From: an uncultured Alphaproteobacteria bacterium
GTDB lineage: Bacteria; Pseudomonadota; Alphaproteobacteria; HIMB59; GCA-002718135
Length of the DNA stretch: 64,000 nucleotides
Assembly (NCBI GenBank): GCA_902518895.1
Contig: CABYHL010000002.1
Location: forward strand, 8,680-72,679
Direction: 5' to 3'
In this document: piece after piece, positions 47,030 to 56,542 of the stretch
How positions within the stretch are numbered: position 1 is the stretch's first letter
Layout of the letters: every line of letters starts with the position of its first letter
Position numbers and translations under genes: made by a program
Notes under the pieces: model-generated
Told to the model about the DNA's origin: nothing
Seen by the model: only the letters and a program-made list of their open reading frames with translations
Databases searched by the model: none

Positions 47030-48090
47030 TAAATTTCCTCTCTTTTTATTCTCATTTGTTTTTTTGAAGAATATTCAAGCATAGATATTAATCTATGAAC
47101 CTCTATTGCAGAACTTATTGAAGCTATTGGTTCTCGTTTCTCTTTAATTGAGTTCTGAAAATTTAAAATCATATCTCTATGCCAATCACTTGTGAATGCC
47201 ATGGGATCTGCTCCTGCTCCTGAAGATTCTTCATCCCCTATAGTTTCTTCTTTTCCATTTCGCCAAAATAGTTTTAAAAGATTAGATTTTAATAAAACTG
47301 TTACATTTTTATAATGCAGAATTATTTCTTCTGTTCTTCCTGGATAGGATGCAGTTGAAGCAAATAATGTGCCGAAGACTTGATCTTCAAATTCTAATCC
47401 TGCACTTACGAAATCTTCAGACTCCATTGAATGAAAAGAGGATGTTTTATTCATTGAGGTAACAGCATTAATTTGTCCCGTAAACTGTAAAGCAAGATCC
47501 AAAGTATGTATTGCTTGGCTTATTAATACACCACCTCCATCTCTACTGTAAGTTCCCCTTCCAGGTTGATCATAGTAAGATTGTTCTCTCCACCATGGGA
47601 TATAAATTTCAACTGCAGATAATTTTCCAATTTTTTGAAAATCTTGAGATAATATGTTTTTCAATTTTAAAGCAGAGGGTCTTGCTCGATGTTGGAGCAT
47701 AATTCCAATAGGTATTTGAGCTTTTAGACTTAAAATTTCAATTTCTTTTGCATTAGACAAATTCCTTTCAATTGGTTTTTCCATTAATATAGGTATTTTA
47801 CTTTGTATTAATTTTTTAACTATTTCAATTCGTACATTTGGTGGTGTAGTTAAAATTGCAAAATCTATAGAATCATTATTACAAATTTCATCAATGCTAG
47901 AAAAAATTTTAATATTTTTAAAAATCTCAATTTGATTGCTAGATAAAAATTTATTACTTGAATTAATATTTGAAGCAATAATTCCTATAACAGATATATT
48001 ATTTGACAATGAATTTAAGGCTTCAACATACACTTTACTTACCATGCCTAATCCAATAAGGACAACTCCATATTTTTTAGAAGCGTTCAA
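47029..48090 (-). CDS. Gfo/Idh/MocA-family oxidoreductase
   Basis: 353 aa with 'VVLIGLGMVSK' and 'ILMEKPIE'. Confidence 0.75.
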   Translation of the reverse strand: MNASKKYGVVLIGLGMVSKVYVEALNSLSNNISVIGIIASNINSSNKFLSSNQIEIFKNIKIFSSIDEICNNDSIDFAILTTPPNVRIEIVKKLIQSKIPILMEKPIERNLSNAKEIEILSLKAQIPIGIMLQHRARPSALKLKNILSQDFQKIGKLSAVEIYIPWWREQSYYDQPGRGTYSRDGGGVLISQAIHTLDLALQFTGQINAVTSMNKTSSFHSMESEDFVSAGLEFEDQVFGTLFASTASYPGRTEEIILHYKNVTVLLKSNLLKLFWRNGKEETIGDEESSGAGADPMAFTSDWHRDMILNFQNSIKEKREPIASISSAIEVHRLISMLEYSSKKQMRIKREEI

Positions 48091-49169
48091 AGTTTTTTAC
48101 TATTCAAAATTTTTTCAGTTTCACTGTCAAATATATGTATTTTTTCATTATCAAATGAAACTGCAATTTTTTGATTTCTTTTTAAAGATACTTGATAAGG
48201 CAGTTGTACAGTAAGTGACTCATTAGACTCTAGTTTTAAATAAATATATGTAACAGATCCTAGTTGTTCAAAATTATCTATAATTGCTTTTAAATCACCT
48301 TCACCCTCAAGAGATACATCTATATGTTCAGGTCTAATTCCTAATATCAATTCACTGTTTTGATTATCATTATTATAAACTGATTTAATATGATGATTAT
48401 TTACTATTGTAAGACCATCAGGCATTTTTTTTGCATTTATAAAATTCATTTGTGGAGCACCAATAAATCCAGCAACAAATTTGTTAGTAGGATAATTATA
48501 TAATTCCAAAGGTGTACCAATCTGTTCAATTACACCATCTCTCATTACGACAATTCTGTCTGCCATTGTCATAGCTTCAATCTGATCATGTGTTACATAA
48601 ATCATTGTATTTCCAAGTTCTTCATGCAAGTCTGATAATTCGACCCTCATTTGCATTCTTAATTCTGCATCTAGATTTGATAAAGGTTCATCAAATAGAA
48701 AAATAATTGGTTTTCTTACTATTGATCTACCTATAGCAACTCTTTGTCTTTGGCCTCCGGATAATTGTCCTGGTCTTCTTGCCATAAGTTCTTCAATTCT
48801 TAGTAATTTTGCTGCGGATTTAATTCTTTCTTCTATTTCACTCTTATCTATTCTTAAATTTTCTAAACCAAATGAAAGATTTTTTTTAACTGACATATGC
48901 GGATACAAAGCGTATGATTGGAATACCATCGATAAATCTCTCTCTGAGGCCGGAATATTATTAACGAGTTTTTCTCGAATAATTATGTCTCCTTCTGTAG
49001 GAACCTCTAGACCTGATATTATTCTTAAGAGAGTTGATTTTCCACAACCAGAGGGTCCAACAAATACGACGAATTCTCCTTCATTTATTTCTAGGTTTAT
49101 ATCTTTTAAGACTTTTACATCACCAAAAGATTTAAATATATTTTCAAGTTTTAACGCTTTTGCATTCAT
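48087..49169 (-). CDS. Carbohydrate ABC transporter ATP-binding protein (MalK/UgpC type)
   Basis: 360 aa with 'GPSGCGKST', 'LSGGQRQR' and 'LFDEPLSNLD', plus a MalK-like C-terminal regulatory domain. Confidence 0.9.
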   Translation of the reverse strand: MNAKALKLENIFKSFGDVKVLKDINLEINEGEFVVFVGPSGCGKSTLLRIISGLEVPTEGDIIIREKLVNNIPASERDLSMVFQSYALYPHMSVKKNLSFGLENLRIDKSEIEERIKSAAKLLRIEELMARRPGQLSGGQRQRVAIGRSIVRKPIIFLFDEPLSNLDAELRMQMRVELSDLHEELGNTMIYVTHDQIEAMTMADRIVVMRDGVIEQIGTPLELYNYPTNKFVAGFIGAPQMNFINAKKMPDGLTIVNNHHIKSVYNNDNQNSELILGIRPEHIDVSLEGEGDLKAIIDNFEQLGSVTYIYLKLESNESLTVQLPYQVSLKRNQKIAVSFDNEKIHIFDSETEKILNSKKL

Positions 49170-50245
49170 TATTTCAGTCCTGTTGTTGCTATACCAGTAG
49201 TTATATATTTTTGAAGATAGGCAAATACTATTGTTACTGGAATTAATGTTGTAACTGTCATTGCTAAAATATAATTATAATCAGTATCAAATTCTCCAGC
49301 AAATGTTGTTAAGCCAATTTGTAAAGTATGTTGTTGAGGATCTGATATTAAAACAATTAATGGCCATAAGAAATCGTTCCATCTCCATATAATACTTAAT
49401 ATAGCTAATACTGATAAGGCTGGTAGAGATAGTGGCATAACTATTCTCCAATATATTCTCCATTCTGATGCTGCATCCATTCTAGCAGCTTCAAGAAGTT
49501 CATTTGGGATAGTTAACATATACTGTCTTAATAAAAAAACACCTGTAGGTGTAGCAGCTGCAGGAATTATCACACCCCATAAAGAACCAAATATACCAAA
49601 TGACCAAACTACAAAAAATAATGCAACTAAAATTATAGTTGATGGTATCAATAATGTTGCGACTATTAAAAGAGTAAATGTTAGTCTTCCTTTAAACTCA
49701 TATTTAGATAGAGCAAAAGCAGCCATTGAATTGATTATTAGAGTTATAGCAGTAGCAACTACTGTAATGAAAATACTATTAAAAAAATATGTAAAAAATA
49801 AAAATCTTTCTTGTCCATTTATTCTTAGTATGGGATCTAAATAATTTTCAATTGATACTCTTACATTTTCTTTAGGTGTAAGTTTCTTTTTTTCAATTTC
49901 AAATACTTCAGTAGGATTTTCAATAGTGGCTACTTTAGTAATTTTTTTTGTTGGTCCTGCCTTAAATACAATCTGATTGTTTTCAGATGGAATCTCATAT
50001 AAAAATTTTTCACCTACATTTTCAACAATAGTAGTGACATGCTCATATGGAAATACCCTTGTATCAAATTTTTCTAGTGACTCTTTTGATTTAAATGAAC
50101 TTAAAAGTGTCCATGTCACAGGAAGAAAAATTATTATAAATCCAAAAAGAAGATAAATATATGAAATAATATCTTGAACACCTAATCTACTCTTATTTTT
50201 AGATCCCTTTGTGGCAGTTAAAAATTTAAATATTTTTTTTGACAT
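49169..50245 (-). CDS. Carbohydrate ABC transporter permease (CUT1) with large loop after TM1
   Basis: 358 aa with EAA loop 'LLEAARMDAASEWRIYWRIVMPL'. About 90-aa soluble insert after the first TM. Confidence 0.8.
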   Translation of the reverse strand: MSKKIFKFLTATKGSKNKSRLGVQDIISYIYLLFGFIIIFLPVTWTLLSSFKSKESLEKFDTRVFPYEHVTTIVENVGEKFLYEIPSENNQIVFKAGPTKKITKVATIENPTEVFEIEKKKLTPKENVRVSIENYLDPILRINGQERFLFFTYFFNSIFITVVATAITLIINSMAAFALSKYEFKGRLTFTLLIVATLLIPSTIILVALFFVVWSFGIFGSLWGVIIPAAATPTGVFLLRQYMLTIPNELLEAARMDAASEWRIYWRIVMPLSLPALSVLAILSIIWRWNDFLWPLIVLISDPQQHTLQIGLTTFAGEFDTDYNYILAMTVTTLIPVTIVFAYLQKYITTGIATTGLK

Positions 50246-50250
50246 TTCTT

Positions 50251-51693
50251 TTAAAGCTCTGATTGTTTTCTTGTGATATATAATTGAAAAAAAGTAAATA
50301 TGGCTATTACAATTGCCATCAAAACAGATGCAGCAGCTGCACCTCCATAATTTGGAGATGAACCAGCCGATACAGTAAATGCTTCTTCATAAATATTTTG
50401 CACCATCATAAATGTTTCCTTTCCTGGACCACCACCAGTAAGTAAATAAACTTCATCAAAAATTTGGAAGCTTCTTATTAGACACAAAACTACAACAACA
50501 GTAAATGTAGGCATAAGAAGAGGAAAAGTAATTCTAAAAAAAACTCTTGTAGGTTTTGCTGCATCCATTTCTGCAGCTTCGTAAAGATCCTTTGGAATAG
50601 CCTGTAAACCGGCTAAAATAATTAACATATAAAAACCCATGTGCGACCAACAAAAAACAAATACTAACCAAAAGAATGGCCATCCAGATTTTGGAGTAAC
50701 TAGCCAATTTATTGGACGAAATTTTCCAAAATCAAATACACTATCAAATTGTATTGTAAGTAATAGCAATGATGAAATTAAAGCCAAAAAAATAGTAATT
50801 AAATAACTGAAGCTATTTTCATTAATTATTAAATATACATAAATGAAGGTAAAAAATAACCCAAAGTAAATATTATAGTGAGATAAGCTTTCACTGACTA
50901 AATATATTGGATTGGACCAAATAAATATTAAAAAAAATACAGCAGCAAAAACAAAGGACCAAGATACAGATATTTGTTTTTTTGGTTTTATTAATTTTTG
51001 AAGAATAAAAATTAAAACTATACCTATTATGACCGTAAGAATAATATCAAAACCAGCTTGACCAGCGATTAAATTTATTCCTTTAATAGAGGACCCAACT
51101 ACATCGTTCAAAACTCCTTTTCTGTGAAGAACCCATGTCCATATATTTGCAATTACTACAGGTGAAAGTAATACAGGATAAAAAAATACGGCTCTCCAAA
51201 ATCCTCTACCAATAAATGATTTATTAAGTATTACTGCTGTTGTAAGAGCTACAATACACATTATTGGGACCTGGAAAAATACAAAAGTAAATGTATTATA
51301 TAGTGAATTCCAAAAATCATAACCAGCATTAGAGCAAGTTGATGGATTGAAAATAGACTCACAATCAAATATATCTAAATAATGCTTCCAACCTACATAG
51401 GGTCTTTTGTACAATAAAATTGAATCTCCACCAGTTAATGATACCCAAAAATTCAAAATGACTGGTAAAAAAGTAAATAGACCGAAAATTAGAAGATTTG
51501 GAAGTAAAAGAGCATATGGCACTCCAGATTTACCCCATATTTTTTGAGACAACTCAACTGGCAAGCCTATTAGATCAACAAAGAACTGAGGTATTTGATA
51601 AATCTTGTACTGTCTTTCTTTAAAAAGCCAAAAACCTCCTAAAAAAATCCAAGCTAATAAAATTCCTATTAAAAAACTTCCAGTATAATTCAT
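50251..51693 (-). CDS. Carbohydrate ABC transporter permease (CUT1), enlarged, extra TM segments
   Basis: EAA loop 'LYEAAEMDAAKPTRVFFRITFPL'. The track start at 51711 is a TTG inside the hairpin; the ATG at 51693 (MNYTGSF) is preferred, giving 480 aa. Confidence 0.8.
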   Translation of the reverse strand: MNYTGSFLIGILLAWIFLGGFWLFKERQYKIYQIPQFFVDLIGLPVELSQKIWGKSGVPYALLLPNLLIFGLFTFLPVILNFWVSLTGGDSILLYKRPYVGWKHYLDIFDCESIFNPSTCSNAGYDFWNSLYNTFTFVFFQVPIMCIVALTTAVILNKSFIGRGFWRAVFFYPVLLSPVVIANIWTWVLHRKGVLNDVVGSSIKGINLIAGQAGFDIILTVIIGIVLIFILQKLIKPKKQISVSWSFVFAAVFFLIFIWSNPIYLVSESLSHYNIYFGLFFTFIYVYLIINENSFSYLITIFLALISSLLLLTIQFDSVFDFGKFRPINWLVTPKSGWPFFWLVFVFCWSHMGFYMLIILAGLQAIPKDLYEAAEMDAAKPTRVFFRITFPLLMPTFTVVVVLCLIRSFQIFDEVYLLTGGGPGKETFMMVQNIYEEAFTVSAGSSPNYGGAAAASVLMAIVIAIFTFFQLYITRKQSEL

Positions 51694-51700
51694 AGGGTAT

Positions 51701-51725
51701 GTAGGCCGCAATAAGTGCGGCCTAC
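51701..51725 (-). promoter_or_regulatory. Intercistronic GC-rich stem-loop between SBP and permease genes
   Basis: Perfect 10-bp inverted repeat GTAGGCCGCA / TGCGGCCTAC with a 5-nt loop, between the SBP stop (51737) and the permease ATG (51693). Confidence 0.7.
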
Positions 51726-51736
51726 CTTAATGGTTT

Positions 51737-53023
51737 TTACTGACCTGTTTTCTCAGCAATTTCAGACTTAATTCTTTCAATTGCTGTATCAAGATCATAT
51801 TCACCGTTCATAACACCACCCAAATATTGGGTTGTAGCATTATAAATTACAAATCCAAATTTACTTCCTTGTAGTTGATATGCTTGAGGAGTTTCTTTTG
51901 CAGCTCTTGCAGCATCTGCAGCAAAAACATTAAGTGCATTAGAAACAGATTCACTAGCACCAGCTTCAGAATAATCTATTCCTTCAGCTTGAATTTGAGC
52001 ATGAGCAGGAATAGCCATTCTGTAAGTATACCATTCTCTAGCTTGTTCATATTCTCCTAGCCAAGCTACAAACTTTGCAGCAGCTTCTGCATTTGGTGAA
52101 TGGTTAAAGGCAACAAATCCTGAACCACCTGGCATAATACCACATCCTGCAGGACCACAAGGAACTGGAACTTTAGTCCATTCAAAACTGTCTCCAACAC
52201 TGTTCATAACATTAGTAACATTCCAAGATCCAGACATATAAAATGGTACGTCTTGATTAAAAAACATTTCGTTACCGTTTGCATATTTAGATCCTGAAAC
52301 AGCTGGCCAAATATCTGCAGGCATTAAACCTTCGGCATGCCAATCAACCATTTTTTGTGCAAATGTTTTAAAACCATCGTCAACAATCATATTACCGTTT
52401 GAGTCAAAATATTTTGCTCCATATGACATAGCCGGTCCAGCCATTCTATGACCAGAACGATCCATAACCATACCAGCATAACTTCCAGTATTTTCCATTA
52501 CCTGCCTTGTAGCATCAGCCCAATCATCCCAAGTTGCACCAGCAGAAGGTACTTCAACTCCAGCTTCTTCAAACATTGATAAATTTACATAAGGGCCTGT
52601 GACAGTCATCTCGTTGTGAAAACCAAATATACCATCAGGTTTTCCAGCTCTGTACCAAGGTAAAACTCCACCGTATTGTTTATTCCATTCTGCAGCATCA
52701 ACATATGGGGTTAAGTCTACATAATAAGGGTTTAAACCTCCAAGATCAGTTATTTTACCAATATCAGGTCCTGAACCTGCTTCTAATTGAACCGGTAGTT
52801 GTTCTCTAATAACATTGTAACCAACTAAATTTATTTCAATATTAACGCTTGGTTCCACTGATTTATATTTTGAAATCAAGTTTTCCATTAGCTCAACTTC
52901 TGGTCCGTCAGCACTCATCATAATAGATAAATTAGTAGAAGAAGCTGCAAATGAAGTTGATAAAATAAACAAACTTGTAATAAATACAGATAGTTTATTT
53001 TTTGTTTTTAAGAAAATTTTCAT
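51737..53023 (-). CDS. Carbohydrate ABC transporter substrate-binding protein (CUT1)
   Basis: The ATG at 53023 (MKIFLKTKNKLSVFITSLFILSTSFA signal peptide) is preceded by GGAGG. The track start at 53053 adds 10 unlikely residues. Confidence 0.85.
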   Translation of the reverse strand: MKIFLKTKNKLSVFITSLFILSTSFAASSTNLSIMMSADGPEVELMENLISKYKSVEPSVNIEINLVGYNVIREQLPVQLEAGSGPDIGKITDLGGLNPYYVDLTPYVDAAEWNKQYGGVLPWYRAGKPDGIFGFHNEMTVTGPYVNLSMFEEAGVEVPSAGATWDDWADATRQVMENTGSYAGMVMDRSGHRMAGPAMSYGAKYFDSNGNMIVDDGFKTFAQKMVDWHAEGLMPADIWPAVSGSKYANGNEMFFNQDVPFYMSGSWNVTNVMNSVGDSFEWTKVPVPCGPAGCGIMPGGSGFVAFNHSPNAEAAAKFVAWLGEYEQAREWYTYRMAIPAHAQIQAEGIDYSEAGASESVSNALNVFAADAARAAKETPQAYQLQGSKFGFVIYNATTQYLGGVMNGEYDLDTAIERIKSEIAEKTGQ

Positions 53024-53114
53024 AATTCCTCCATTAATTATTAAACCATACAATCACTGTATTTCATGTCAACAGTTAGTTAAACTTATAAATTGTTAAA
53101 TATTTGTTATTTTT

Positions 53115-53942
53115 TTATAAAATTTTATTCAGAAAATTATCAACTTTTTTCCTAAATTTTAAGGTTTCTATGTGGCCTGATTTTCTTTCCACACAAAACT
53201 CTAGATTGGCTTCACTTTTATTTTTTCTATAAATTGTTTCAAGTTCATTCTTTGAAATATAAAATGATTTAAAATCAGTAAATTTATCTTTTAAGCCTAC
53301 ACATATTAATTGATTTCTAGGTGCAATAAGACCAGCAATTTTTGCAGTACTAAATTTTTCTAATAAACCTGGTACGGTCATATAATGCCCATGTCCATCA
53401 TGTGTTTTTTTTTTAATCAAATTTCTAAGATCTGCAAAAGAACACAAATGTATTGAAGCTGTTATTCTTCTATCTAAAGCTGCAACCCAATAGGAATGAG
53501 TTGCACCCATAGAAAAACCAAATGTTATTATTTTTTTTTTATTTATAGATTTATGTTCATATAGAAAATTTACCCCTAATAATAATTCTGAAATCATTTT
53601 TCCAAATAAGTTTTTTCCATTCCAACTTAAAGATTTTGATAAACTAGATTCATTTGGTATTTGCCTACTTCCAAAAGTTGGCATTTCAATACATAAAACT
53701 GCTATATTCCTTTTTAAAAAAAAAGAGGCATAATTTGATAAAAGTGCTGATCTGCCATTTAATAATTCATTTCTTCCTATTGAATAGTTACCTCCATGAG
53801 CATGACAATATAAAACTGCTGGAAAAACATTTGTTTGATCTGGTTTTATAAAATAAAAAGGAATTCTTTCTTTTTTATTTTTAATAAATATCCAATCCTC
53901 TAAAACATAATTATTCCAATTTGTCTTTGAGATTAATTTTTT
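53115..53942 (-). pseudogene. Alpha/beta-hydrolase (dienelactone hydrolase/carbohydrate-esterase-like) lacking a canonical start for its N-terminal third
   Basis: The track ORF (53115..53684) starts at an internal Met and contains 'GFSMGA' plus a C-terminal His. I translated the same frame upstream. It stays open to 53942 and encodes the oxyanion-hole region 'PAVLYCHAHGGNY', but contains no ATG, GTG or TTG. Confidence 0.5.
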
Positions 53943-54080
53943 TTAAAAAAATTATTTTTGTTATCAATTTTTAATAAAGTTAGTAAATTTTTTCTTAAAT
54001 ATGTAGAGTTCAAATTAAAATCCTTTTAAATAATAATAAATTAAACTACTATTTCAAAATATAATTAAATTGAAGAACAA

Positions 54081-55454
54081 ATGATTGGTTATTTAAGTTT
54101 AGGCAGAGATACTTTTGATATTAAGTACGCTAAACAAAAAATTTACAATATATCTAAGATACTTAAAAAACTTGATTACAAAATTTCTGAATTCGATAAA
54201 TTAATTTTATCACAAAATGATGGGGATAAGGCGATTAAGTATTTTAAGAATAAAGAATGTGATAAATATATAGTTATTCAATCTACGTTTACAGATGCCG
54301 AATTTATTCTAAAATTTGCCTTAAAATTTAATAAACCAATACTTTTTATTTCAATCAAGGAACCAAGAAGTGGAAAAAGATTAAGATTAAATTCTATTTG
54401 TGGAGTAAATTTAGCATTACATGCTTTAGGCAAAAATAATAAAAAGGGAGAATTTCTAATATTTGACAATAACTCAAGAACTATTAAAGAAAAAATAAAA
54501 GATTTCGTAGATCGTAAAAGCATTGGCAATTTAAATTATTTAAAAAAAATAACCACTAAAAATAAAAAAAATATTATTCCAAAAATTGAAAAATTAAATT
54601 TAGGATTAGTGGGAGAAAGACCAAATGGTTTTTACACATGTGATTATAATGAGTTAGAAATAAAAAATAGACTTAAAACAAATATTAAAAAAATAAGTCT
54701 AGATAAATTATTTGCAGAATCAAAAAAAATATTTAAGGAAGAGTTAAATCACACAAAAAATAAAATAGGTAATTATACCTCAGGTTTAGAGAAACTTAAC
54801 TCAGTTGAACTAAATAAAAGTCTTTCAATTTTTCATGGTTTACAAAATATAAAGAAGGAAAAGGATATTGATTCTTTTGCAATAAGATGTTGGCCAGAAA
54901 TGTTTACTAAATTTGGATGTGCTGCGTGCGGTCCTATGGCTATGCTTAATGAAAAAAAAATTAGCTCAGCATGTGAAGCTGATGTATTAGGCAGTATTAG
55001 TTGCAGAATTCTAAACCAAATCAACAATAAACCATCATTATTAGTTGATATAGTGGATTTAGATTATAAAAAAAATAATGTTGTTTTTTGGCACTGTGGG
55101 CTTGCACCAATTAGTATGTCAAATAAAAAGAAATCTAAAGCCATTCTTCATTCTAATAGAAAAAAACCACTGTTGTTTAATTTTGCATTTAAAAAAGGAA
55201 AGATAACGATATTTAGAGTTTCAAAATCCCGTAACAAGCTAAAATTTTTTATTTTAAAAGGAAAAGTTTTGGATGAAAAAAATTCTTTTTCTGGAACATC
55301 TGGTGTTGTTTCATTTGGTAAATCTACTACAAGAATTATTGAAGAATTTTTGCTTAGTGGAATGGAACATCATATTGCATTTACTTATGGAGATATATAC
55401 GAAGATCTATTATCATTAGGTAATAAATTAAAAATACCAGTATACACTTTATGA
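54081..55454 (+). CDS. L-fucose/L-arabinose isomerase-family protein
   Basis: 457 aa with 'SACEADVLGS', 'VFWHCG' and 'MEHHIAFTYG' motifs that resemble FucI/AraA catalytic and metal residues. Confidence 0.7.
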   Translation: MIGYLSLGRDTFDIKYAKQKIYNISKILKKLDYKISEFDKLILSQNDGDKAIKYFKNKECDKYIVIQSTFTDAEFILKFALKFNKPILFISIKEPRSGKRLRLNSICGVNLALHALGKNNKKGEFLIFDNNSRTIKEKIKDFVDRKSIGNLNYLKKITTKNKKNIIPKIEKLNLGLVGERPNGFYTCDYNELEIKNRLKTNIKKISLDKLFAESKKIFKEELNHTKNKIGNYTSGLEKLNSVELNKSLSIFHGLQNIKKEKDIDSFAIRCWPEMFTKFGCAACGPMAMLNEKKISSACEADVLGSISCRILNQINNKPSLLVDIVDLDYKKNNVVFWHCGLAPISMSNKKKSKAILHSNRKKPLLFNFAFKKGKITIFRVSKSRNKLKFFILKGKVLDEKNSFSGTSGVVSFGKSTTRIIEEFLLSGMEHHIAFTYGDIYEDLLSLGNKLKIPVYTL

Positions 55455-56542
55455 ATCAAAAAATTAAATATGCAATAATTGGTACTGGGGCAATGGGCAG
55501 AGAGCATATTAGGAACATTGAAATCATTGAAAATGCAGAAGTTGTTGCTTTGTGCGATACATTTGAGGGTTCAATAAAAGCAAGTTATGAATTGGCTAAC
55601 AATAAAGGTATTAAGTGTTTTAATAATATAGATAGTTTGATTAAAGATGATAGTGCTGATGCTTATGTTATTTCTACACCAAACTTCACACATATAGATG
55701 TAATTAAAAAAGTTTTAGTAGCAAATAAACATCTCCTAATAGAAAAACCAATGTGTACAAATGTTGATGACTGTTTTGAACTACAAAAAATTACTAAAAA
55801 TTATAAAAGCACAATTTGGATAGCTATGGAGTACAGATACATGCTCCCTGTAAGTAAAATGACGGAATATATACATACGAAGAAAATTGGTGATCTGAAA
55901 ATGCTAACTATAAAGGAGCATCGTCAGCCTTTTTTAGAAAAAGTAAGAGATTGGAATAGATTTTCCCGAAATACTGGTGGAACGCTTGTTGAAAAATGTT
56001 GTCATTTTTTTGATTTAATGAGACTCATCATTCAAAGTGAACCAACTAAAATATTTGCAAGTGCTGGACAAGATGTAAATCATTTAGAAGAGAGTTATAA
56101 TAATGAAGTACCAGATATTATAGATAATGCATTTGTAATTGTTGATTTTAAAAATGGTGTAAGGAGCACTTTAGATTTATGTATGTTTGCTGAAAATACA
56201 GATTTACAAGAGGAATTTTGTGCTGTTGGAAACTTAGGTAAAATAGAGACTGGAGTGCCATCTAATAAGTCTGGTAAAAATTCTTCTACTTTAAGAATTG
56301 GTATGAGAAATCAAAATAGTCCTATTCTTGAAAATATTACAGTAGATAAAAAAATATTTGATGCTGGTCACCACCATGGATCAACATATTATGAACATTT
56401 AGGTTTTATAAATAGTATAAATAATAAGCTGCCTGCGGAAGTTTCAATAAAAGATGGTCTGTATTCTGTTGCTATGGGCCAAGCAGCTGAGATATCGGCA
56501 AAAGAAGGAAGAGTAGTTGAAATGAGTGAATTTAATCTTTAA
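55451..56542 (+). CDS. Gfo/Idh/MocA-family oxidoreductase
   Basis: 363 aa with 'YAIIGTGAMGREH' and 'LLIEKPMC'. ATGA overlap with the isomerase gene. Confidence 0.8.
   Translation: MNQKIKYAIIGTGAMGREHIRNIEIIENAEVVALCDTFEGSIKASYELANNKGIKCFNNIDSLIKDDSADAYVISTPNFTHIDVIKKVLVANKHLLIEKPMCTNVDDCFELQKITKNYKSTIWIAMEYRYMLPVSKMTEYIHTKKIGDLKMLTIKEHRQPFLEKVRDWNRFSRNTGGTLVEKCCHFFDLMRLIIQSEPTKIFASAGQDVNHLEESYNNEVPDIIDNAFVIVDFKNGVRSTLDLCMFAENTDLQEEFCAVGNLGKIETGVPSNKSGKNSSTLRIGMRNQNSPILENITVDKKIFDAGHHHGSTYYEHLGFINSINNKLPAEVSIKDGLYSVAMGQAAEISAKEGRVVEMSEFNL

Noticed and set aside
53654-53851. A 65-aa plus-strand ORF opposite the esterase N-terminal region.
   Set aside because: It is antisense to a frame with a clear alpha/beta-hydrolase HGG motif, and its product is low complexity.
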